Assembly (NCBI GenBank): GCA_003427395.1
Contig: BFEA01000003.1
Span: 965,674-1,011,850, forward strand
DNA: 46,177 nt
Direction: 5' to 3'
Origin: Chara braunii
Lineage: Eukaryota; Plantae; Charophyceae
Shown: piece after piece, positions 37,502 to 46,177 of the stretch
How positions within the stretch are numbered: the stretch's first letter is position 1
Layout of the letters: every line of letters starts with the position of its first letter
Made by a program: the position numbers and the translations under genes
Notes under the pieces: generated by a model
The model's input: only the letters and a program-made list of their open reading frames with translations
What the model was told of the DNA's origin: nothing
Database searches by the model: none

Positions 37502-38020
37502 CGGTCTCGTTAGACACTCCTAAAAGAATCCTAAAATTTTTAGGACGAGTCCTAAAGGATTTTTAGGATTTCGTGCGGTGTCGTTACACACAATCCTAAA
37601 AATCATCTTTTAGGATTCGTCCTAAAAGGTCTCCCGCGGCTGGTTTTCATATGCGTATACGCAGCCGCGTCCGCAATGTCCATCCATTCCTGCCAACATC
37701 CGTCCAATCCCCGCCAACGGCTACCGTTTGTGGGCGATGTCCGACCACTGACCCGACGGACTGCTTCTGCACCAGCAACTCCGTGTCGACGGTGCCATGC
37801 GTCCGACACAACGAGTCCGTGAAACACGGGAATCCTAAATTTTTTAGTAAGTTGGGGGCTACTGAAAATTTAGGACGATTTTGCTTGCGGAATCCTAAAT
37901 ACTTTAGGACTCGTCCTAACGCTGTTTTCACATTTTCGATCTAAAAATTGGCTTTAGGATTGCGTGCAACCAAGACACAATCCTAAAAACAGGCACTTTT
38001 AGGAATGTCTAACGAGACCG
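37502..38020. mobile_element. 519-bp MITE, internal-deletion derivative of the 2534-11054 Harbinger family
   Basis: TIR CGGTCTCGTTAGACA / TGTCTAACGAGACCG read as CGGTCTCGTTAGACA; TTA TSD at 37499-37501 and 38021-38023; left part resembles 2534-2660 and right part 10720-11054; empty site in the other foldback arm. Confidence 0.95.
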
Positions 38021-41000
38021 TTATTCAATGTTCTGCAGAAGATTCGTTCTAGCTTTGCACATTTGGTGAGTAGTGCAGCCAAGCCCTAAGAGTCACATGC
38101 AGAGACCAACAGACCCTAGCTACGTGAGCAACCCATAACTGCTGAAATACAGACCTGAAGTCGAATCTTGAGTATATATTCGGCCAGCTAGTTCTCTACT
38201 TTATATTCACCGCCTGCCTTGATTTTGGGGGGGGGGTCTGCGCCACATGACTGCGCGGAGACAGCCTGCATGGGCCGTCTGAGCCGTGTTAGGGGGATTC
38301 CCCCACCCCCTCGAAAAAAAAAAGGACCTTTCACGCACACGTGCACACACACATACACACACAGACACACAAATTCACACACACACTTTTTTTCTTTTCT
38401 TTTTTTTGCCCGGTTTGCCTGGGGCATTGGTCCACAGCCCCCCCAAGCAACGCCGCCGCTCCCCACACTGCCCACAACCCCCCCAAGCATCGCCTCCGCT
38501 CCCCAGCGCCCCCGACGGGCCTCCCGGGCGTGGGTGGCGCTCTGCGCGTTCGTGTTCAGAGCGTGCACCTGCGTTCTTTGAACGCGCCTTCAACGCGTTC
38601 AAAAACTGAACGCGGAACCCGCGTTCAATGAACGCGCAACCCGCGTTCAATGAACGCATGACAACACAGTCTAGAATCGCAGGGTTCTAAAAAATCAGCT
38701 GACACAGTACTTCCTCCTTGGTGGTTGGTGCGTGCGGTGTATCAGCAGGTAATTTACTCCATGCTTTCCGGATCGATTCCCAAAACGTTGATTTGAGGCG
38801 TTTCTTCCTGAATGAAGCCATAAAGAAGCAGACCCATACATCCTGGGGGCGACTCAGTTCACATTCTCCGACCAAGATGCGTTCTGCCAGCGTAACCCAG
38901 TGGTCCCGGGAATGTGCCATAGCTACTTTCACTATCCAGCCTCTGAGCCGGGCCTGGTTTTTGCGGGCTGGATTGATTAATCCCAACCCACCTTTCTCTC
39001 TTGGAAAGGAGAGGGTATCCAGAGCCACCTTGGAGATGAACCCCTCCCCATTCTGGGCTCTTGGTTTCCAAAGGAAGCGGGCAATCAATCTCCTTATGGC
39101 TTTCACAATTTCCTCCGCGAGTTCCTTGACAGAGGTAACAAACCACAGAATGGAGAACAAAGCTGCATCGATTACCAGTGCTCGACCCATGATTGACAGG
39201 TGCCAAGCTATCCCCCAAATCTGGAGTCTTGCTGCAATCCGCTGCTGCAGGAGGACCCCTGGTCCTGATGAGCTAATCTGCAAACTAATTAGGATCCCCA
39301 AAAATTTGTCTTCCCCTGTTGCAATTCTCTTCATTCCCCAACCGACTTTCAGCACAAATTGGGACGACAATAGTTCGACAGATTTTTCCAAGTTCACTGT
39401 GGCTCCGACAGAACTGAGTACTCACTCATGATGGACTTCAGTGCGCTGAGCGATGTGACCGAGTTTTTGCAAACTGCGAACAGGTCATCTGCCAGCGCCT
39501 TAACCTTACAATCTTTCCCGGTGTGGAGTTGCAGGCCCTTGATGTTTGGGTGTCGCCGAATTCTGTTCAGTAGTACCTCCATTTGGAGTACAAAAATAAG
39601 TGGCGCCAGTGGGCACCCTTGCCTTAGTGAACGTGAAATAGTGAAAAACTCCGAGAGATGACCGTTGATTATTACCGCTGACGTTGAGTACGTGTACATG
39701 GTGATCACCCACGAGCACAAACTATTCCCGAAGCCCATTCTCCGCGGGGTGGTGAGGACAAAGGTCCATCCCACCTTGTCATAGGTCTTCTCTAAGTCCA
39801 GTAGGAGTACTGCTATGTCTAGGTTCCCCCCCTTGACAATCTCTAGCGTCTCCATAGCTGTAACAATGTTGTTAAAGATGGAACGCCCTTGCACAAACGC
39901 CCCCGGACCTCTCTCTACCAACTCCGGTAAGTACCTCCCTAACCTTTGGGCTACCGATTTGGCCTGAATTTTATAGGACACGTTCAACAGTGAAATCGGT
40001 CGCCAGTTCCTCACTTCTGCTTTGTCCCCCTTCTTAAACAATACAGGAATCACTCCATGCGTCATACCCCTTCCCAGTCTGCCTCCGACCAGTACCTCAT
40101 TGTAGAGTTCTACTAGTGGTGGCCCGAAGACGTCCCAGTTCGCGGTGTAGAACTCTACCGTGAGACCATCCACCCCAGGGGACTTACCCTTTGCCATTGA
40201 CTTCGGAGTATGAGTCACTTCTTCCAGGGAGAGAGGTCTGTCCAGGTCCAACCTAGCACTATCTTGAAGTCGAACCGATGTGTCGTTCCACATGTTCTAT
40301 AACTGTGACAGGTCCGTGTTCACCTCCTCATGCTAGCCTCTAGTCGTGAGGATGTCGGAGTAGTACATCCTTGTGTACTTAAGCATGCCAGCAGCAGAAC
40401 AGGCTGACGGGGCGGATGAGTCGAAGGGGTTCCTTAGTTCTAACATCTGCTGCTGCGTCCTTCTGGGCTGCAGTTTCTGAAAAGTTTCATTGGACATTGT
40501 GTCGTTCGTTTCTATTTCTTTTTCTTGCAGGAGCTCCACCGATATCTTCTGTTTCACGGCCTGTAGATTGTCCCATTCCGACATCCTTCTCTCTTTCTGC
40601 TGCCCACACAATAGCTGAGATTGGGTGCCCTTCCATCCTTTCTTCCGCTTCCTCCACCCGCCTTCTGCAGTCTGCTTCTTTCTTATTTGTGGTTCTTGCC
40701 AAGATTCTGGAGCACACATCCAAGATGCCGGATGTGATAGCAATGCCTCCATCCAGCCAAGCAGCGGTAGTTTCGAACAGCGGTTTGGCCTCTGCCCAGT
40801 TTGCCATGTGAGTTTCCACCCACTTCTTGATCCCTGGCTCTTCTAGGACTTCACTGTTGAGCCTGAAAAAGCCCCTTCCTCTCTTTCCAGGCCTATGTGA
40901 AGCTTGAATTCTGCAACAACGGGTTTGTGGTCTGCTACCGTATTGCAGTTTTGGCGTACCGCTGTTATCCTTTCAAATGCTTGTTCGCTCAGGAGGAAGA

Positions 41001-42711
41001 AGTCCAACCGGCATCTTGTTACCTCTTGTCTGTGCCTTCATAAGTGCGATAACCAGGTGTACCCTGGATCATCCGGGTTCAAAACTGGAAATGGATCTGC
41101 AAGGGCCAGCTCTGCGCTGAGTTCCAGGAGAGCCCGCACGTCTTTCCTGTCTGCAGATTGAGAGCCCAGCCGGAGTGCTTCATCCTGTGGCAGGTTCCAG
41201 TCGCCTGCCAGTACCAGCTCGTCGGTCTTTGGGACCTGTGTCATTAACCTTAGGAAAAACTTCGTTCTCTCCCCCACTTCGTTTGGGGCGTACACTGTCA
41301 TAAAATTTCATTCCTCCGTCATAATTTCGACCTTCATCCAGGCCCACCGGCCCCACGCATATACCTCTGAGTCAATCACCAAGGACGATAGGTCTCGATG
41401 AAGTAAGATTCCCATCCCTCCGAGTGTACCTTGGGCCGAGGCCCAAACTTGTGGGCCTTCCCAACACCGAGCCAGCTCCCGAAGTTTTCCTTTGTTTAGT
41501 TTGGATTCCTGTACCAAACAGTACCATTACACAGTTGGTGTCTCCCAAACCTTGGATGTTCCACGATGCCACTCTAATTTTGTCCATCAGTTTGAGCTGC
41601 TTCCGCTTGTGATTGGATGCGGGTAACTGATTGCTTTCGCCCAAGGCTCGAATCGTCCGCGCTGTTACGCCTAGGGCCGCTTCTGTCTGAGTGTCTCGAC
41701 TTGGGCTGGACGTTGCTCCTGGCTGAGATGGCTCTAGACGAGGAGCGTCACTCCTCTATTAGACAGGTACTCAGCACCTGAATGGACTCCAACTGTGACG
41801 AGTTCCACTCCCTTATCAGGTCTACTGCGAACCACCTGATCCATGATTGAGCCAGAGAGCTCACTGCTTCCTCCAGGATACGGGCATCCATTAGGGGAAA
41901 GTACATTTTGCAGTACCCTTGAACAATTTCGCAGATAACATTTACCATTGAGGAGTGAGGGATTAGGCGCACAGGCACGTGTTCCACATACAGCTTCCTC
42001 GTGGTCTCTAGGATCGTGGCCGGAGTGGGTGACCGGTCCACCACCAAGGACGGAATCAACGGTTGTCCCCCCACATCCGAGACTGCCAGAAAGTATGTTC
42101 CCTCATTCGCTCTTGTGCAGAGGATGGGGATTAGGCAACGATGCACTGTCTCCATTTGTTTTTTCTCCAGCGCATTCGCTCTCCTGTCTTTGCCCCAACG
42201 TTGTTTGTCTTCGGTTTCTTGCTCGGTGTGCTTCTTCGTACCAGACTCCGCTGAGCTCTCCAATGATGATGACGAGGCCGTTGGGCGGGCTGCTGCTGAT
42301 CTCCTATCGTCTTCGCTGCACTCGCTTCCCCAGCGAACTTTAGCCCGAGACGTCGCCGACGTCTTTGACAATTCTTCCTGGATGGCTCATGTGCCCCTGT
42401 ATTGAGTGTTGTGGGCCCTGATCCGATCTACCTCTTCTTTTCTATAGTTTCCTGCAGTGACCGGTGCCTGATGACGCCAATTCTGCATATAACCTTCCTT
42501 GAGGCCTCGACTGTCCCCGTTCCATGTATCCCAGCGCCTGTTGTTACTTCTCCTCGTTCTTCTGTTCAGGTTCATACTCCCTCCTCCTTCCCAATGCGAC
42601 GGGTCTCCGGAACCAGGGCCTTTGGCTTGTGGCAGGCTGCTCCAATCATAAGCTCCCATCAAATACACAAGAGGTAATCGGGTAGCTGAAAATTCAGGAA
42701 TGAAAATTATG

Positions 42712-43105
42712 AAGTGAGAGTTTTGGGCAGACTGAAAATCCTGAATGGTCATGAAGTGGTGAAAGGTCCAAAGACCCTGAAAACCACTTGTTTAGGCAGG
42801 CTGCATCCTGAAGTGGTGAAGGGTGTCCTGAAGTGGTCAAGTGAGAGTTTTGGGCAGTTTGAAATTCCTGAATGGTCCTGAAGTGGTGAAAGGTCCGAAG
42901 ACCATGAAAACCACCCTTCACCACTTGAGGATGCAACCCGCCTAAACAGGTGGTTTTAAGGGTCTTCGGAGCTTTCACCACTTCATGACCATTCAGGATT
43001 TTCAGACCTGAATGGTCCTGAAGTGATGAAAGGTCCGAAGACCTTGAAAACCACATGTTTAGGCAGACTGCATCTTGAAGTGGTGAAGAGTGTCCTGAAG
43101 TGGTG
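42712..43105. repeat. Insertion built from a ~127-bp unit in direct and inverted orientation
   Basis: CCTGAATGGTC.TGAAGTGGTGAAAGGTCC.AAGACC.TGAAAACCAC occurs three times on +, with one reverse-complement copy at ~42915-43005. Confidence 0.85.
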
Positions 43106-44348
43106 ATGAAAAATACGACTGTTGTTAACCTTCTCTCATCGGATACCGGGGTTGTGGCTCGAAGACATGATTGGGTCGGTCTTCTTGGAACTATTCCCTG
43201 AAATTCTGTTGTTGGTACACATTTGCATCTCCCACAGTGCGGTATTGCTCTTCTAGTTGTCACTGCGCGGGAGAGTGGGAATGAGCATTAGCATTGCCCC
43301 CCCCTGAGATTCCTCCCATCATCCTATGAATGTGCTTCCTCTATTGCTCACTTGCCAATCCTCCCTGGGGGTCCAGGGGGTCATCATGGATTGCCCATTA
43401 CGGGGATCCTGATTCCCTTCCCAACCATGTTCGCCTCCAAGGGTCTCCCTGGCCTGAACCCAGGGGCCATGAGGCTGCATTGATGCAGATCCTTTGATGT
43501 GACTAGGGTTCGGCCCTACCATCCCTGGTTCCTGAGCGTGTGTGTGTGTGATGCCATAGCGCATCAGACTTTGCGATGCATGGACTGGATCTGTCTGCCT
43601 CCCGTACCAAGGCTTGGTCTGCTCCGTCGGCCCTACCGGGCCCATCTTCTCTTGCCCCTACGTGGGCCTGGCTTGGTGTTGCGCGATATCCTGCCCTTCT
43701 GTGTGTGTCTCCCTTCTCCTTGATGTGTCTTTTTGATCTGTCCTAACCTGGTTCATCAAATGTTGACGGAATTGGGCATTGTGGCTCCCTTGCCTTTCTC
43801 CATTGTTCCTCCACCCTTCCCCACTTTGTTTGAACCTGGGACAATACTCTTCCGTGTGATAGTAGTGTTTGCATCGACGACACCAGTCAGAGTAAGGGGA
43901 GACGATCTCCACCTTCCATCTTGCTCCTTTAGGAGACTGGATAACCATTTCGTCTTCGATTCTGCTGAGTGCTTCTGGTGGCATATCAAATTTAATGTTC
44001 ATCAACCTTGAACGGTCGCTGTCGTACTCCGGCGAATGAACTGAGATAACATCCCCGAGCATACTCTTCACTGCGCTGAGAAGGAAGTAGTATGCTTCCA
44101 GGGGAACCCTTAGAGCCATGATCTAGAACTTCGTCTCAGCTTCCTGGATCTTCACGTCTTGTAGCTCCTGCCTTGTTAGTCTGGGTCTGAATTGGACGAG
44201 GTATTCGTCCTTTCCCAATGTTATCTTCATCTCTTTCTGACGCACCAGCCGTTCGGCTATCTTCTTCGCCTTTGCTACGTATGAAGCCACGTTCGGACCC
44301 TCAAACTTTACTCTGCCCCTTCTAGCCTCTGGTTGAAATAGTCTTCTC

Positions 44349-44674
44349 AACTGCCATTTCGTCAAAATTGACATCTTTTATTTTTTGAACGAAATTGAAA
44401 CTGAGTTTTTTGGCCGAAAACTCGTCAAAATTTGTTGTTCCTGAGGGTCTAGTGTTTTACAAACGCTGGACCCCCTGCGTGTACATGGACCTAGCTTGCA
44501 GTCATGCGTGGAGGTGTTTGGTCTCAAGCTAGGTCCATGTACAGCCAGGGGGTCCAGTGTTTGTAAAACGCTGGACCCTCAGGAACAACAAATTTTGACG
44601 AGTTTTCGGCCAAAAAACTCAGTTTCAATTTCGTTCAAAAAATAAAAAATGTCCATTTTGACAAAATGATCGTT
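44349..44674. mobile_element. 326-bp foldback MITE with ~150-bp TIRs and 4-bp TSD
   Basis: AACTGCCATTTCGTCAAAAT... / ...ATTTTGACAAAATGATCGTT; TCTC at 44345-44348 and 44675-44678; excision restores ORF1 (GWMARRLFQP). Confidence 0.92.
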
Positions 44675-46177
44675 TCTCGCCATCCAACCGTCTTCATAGG
44701 CTCTGATCAGGTCTTCTTTCACTGAGCGTGCTAGTTTCCTTTCTTCACCCTGGAAGATTACTACAACAAATCTCTCCTTTAGCCATTGCTCCTTGACTTC
44801 GTCTACTGCTTCGTCCACCACGAACCTTCTCCCTTCCTCATCCTCCACCACTTTTATGAGATTTATGTCATCTAGACAAACACCTCCATCATAGCAACGG
44901 CCTACTGAATCCCTCACTCTAGAGAGGTCCCCTTCCATCGTCCCTTTTGAACATGTTGTGAGATCTGGTTCGGGGAGGTTGGCGCAACAACACTATTGAG
45001 ACGCCCGTGGACAAAGTTCTGGTGCAGTTGGCAGTAGCACCTCAGTGGGGACTTCGGCCAGTCTTGCCGAAGACTGATCGCCACAGAATTGCTTTATCGG
45101 ACAAATACCGTTAGCTCCAGTGAGAGTGGTAGTACCTTGGCCGTAGCAAAAACTGTAAGTAGTGAACTAGCACCTCCAGCTACCTGCGTGGGAAAGGTAC
45201 TGGTTTTGCCCCGACTTGAGCTCACTTTTGAGAATGACCGTGACCTGTCTTGCGTTATCTTCTCTATGTAACCGAACACCGTACTGTACGTCCTGGTCCC
45301 CCTTATCCGTACTATTCGAGCATCATACACCGGCCTTCCGCCTTCTGCTACCTCCTTCTGCAGGTGTAGTTCTTTCCCTTGGCTTATGAGGAGTTGCCTT
45401 GAACCCGGTCTGAGTATCTCAATTCTCCCCAGTTTGAGCCTATTCCCCACTGCGGCGTTGGGACGATCTCCTGCTTGAACTTTTCTACTGATGTGTTGCA
45501 CGTCGGATAATGCCTTCACTTCTCTGCTGTAGTGATATGTCCTTTGTGTACTCTTGGGTGTATCGAGTCGCAATGTGTGCCTTTGAGTCAGAGTGAAAAC
45601 GGGCACTTCGCAGCGATCCTATCATACACTAAAGCATCAGTTACCGGGCGGATGACTGACAGATTGCACTCCGCACTTTGGGCCCTAAACTAAGTAGGCA
45701 CGGTGTAGATTCCACTTCGATCTCAAATTCATAGCGAGGCTACTTCCTGTCGTACTGGGGGTTTCCAAGCCTGAACCTTCGAACCTATCTCCGGGAGATA
45801 TTGTTTCAATGAATTGTGTACGTTGTCAGGCGGCCGCAAGTAGTCCGCCGCCTGAAAACGGCAGTTTTGGGACTTAGGCTCAGGGATAAGTTGGTGTTTC
45901 GACGGTACACTGGACTGACTAAGAGGCCGAGATTAAAGGAACTCACGGCACCCCTAGTTTTGGGTGTGTCGACCATTGAGACTAGGCCTCGAAATTGTAG
46001 AGAAGAACTACCGCCTTGCTGCCCTGACGGCTACCTAATTGTCTATCTCATTTTCGCCCGCTCCAAGCCTTTTCCCGAAACGACTGGCTACGGAACGGTA
46101 ATTTGAGAATAGGCTTTGACAAGGCCTTTTTACGCTGTCCAACTGACGCGAGAATGGAGCCTCACATCGCATTAATT

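Larger units (their letters stand above)
36423..38313. repeat. Long inverted repeat / foldback element, arms ~390 bp (36423-36813 and 37373-38313 minus insertions)
   Basis: Arms align throughout, e.g. GAATATATACTCAAGATTCGACTTCAGGTCTG versus CAGACCTGAAGTCGAATCTTGAGTATATATTC; no TSD found. Confidence 0.92.
36188..38669. mobile_element. Non-autonomous hAT-like element inserted in LINE ORF2
   Basis: TSD TCTAGAAT at 36180-36187 and 38670-38677 (the direct repeat can also be read as 10 bp, GTCTAGAATC); ends CTATGTAAC / ACAACACAG; TGAACGCG subterminal motifs; removal rejoins ORF2 (NPAILD|QSGVP). Confidence 0.85.
34853..41587 (-). pseudogene. LINE ORF2 (AP endonuclease, reverse transcriptase, zf-RVT), fragmented
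   Basis: IRVASWNIQGL, VQES, VYAPN, LAGDWN, GYTW (APE); KSPGVDGL, NWRPISLLNVSYKI, LDLEKTYDKV, LRQGCPLAP, LADD, KFLGI (RT); CRWPFESTRHLWWDC. Many stops and frameshifts; split at 36188-38669. Confidence 0.93.
41620..45606 (-). pseudogene. LINE ORF1 (gag-like, CCHC zinc knuckle), long and fragmented
   Basis: CRRCKHYYHTEEYC (CX2CX4HX4C) preceded by a ...ALRVPLEAY... segment; fragments 44579-44938, 44123-44374, 43658-44119, 41748-42371; both boundaries approximate. Confidence 0.7.
34427..46177 (-). mobile_element. Decayed L1/Tx1-clade non-LTR retrotransposon with nested insertions; 5' end not identified in the window
   Basis: 51-nt poly(T) on + (poly(A) tail) at 34427-34477; ORF2 with APE endonuclease, RT and C-terminal zinc motif; ORF1 with a CCHC knuckle. 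Confidence 0.92.

Overview
Eukaryotic nuclear DNA from a repeat-rich draft assembly, with N gaps and two uncut Nextera mate-pair junction adapters. The plant-type U6 sequence and the style of the transposon proteins suggest a streptophyte alga (Chara-like); this is inference only. There are three parts. (1) A complete 8.5-kb PIF/Harbinger transposon (2534-11054; TIRs, TTA TSD) carries a decayed DDE transposase, a decayed Myb/SANT gene and an unexpected third ~580-codon reading frame; small non-autonomous DNA elements flank it. (2) One large + strand host gene has six exons whose splice phases all agree (~16060-32541, ~2900 aa). It has an N-terminal degenerate helical repeat and long K/E/H/S-rich low-complexity tracts, and I do not recognise the family. 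(3) A decayed minus-strand L1/Tx1-type LINE (poly(A) at 34427-34477, running to the window end) holds a deep nest: an 8-bp-TSD DNA element contains a long foldback, which contains a near-full-length U6 snRNA retrocopy split just before its AGC triad by a poly(A) retroposon, a second 5'-only U6 copy and a Harbinger MITE. The LINE also carries an unclassified 326-bp hairpin element with a 4-bp TSD. No CRISPR, rRNA or tRNA genes are seen.
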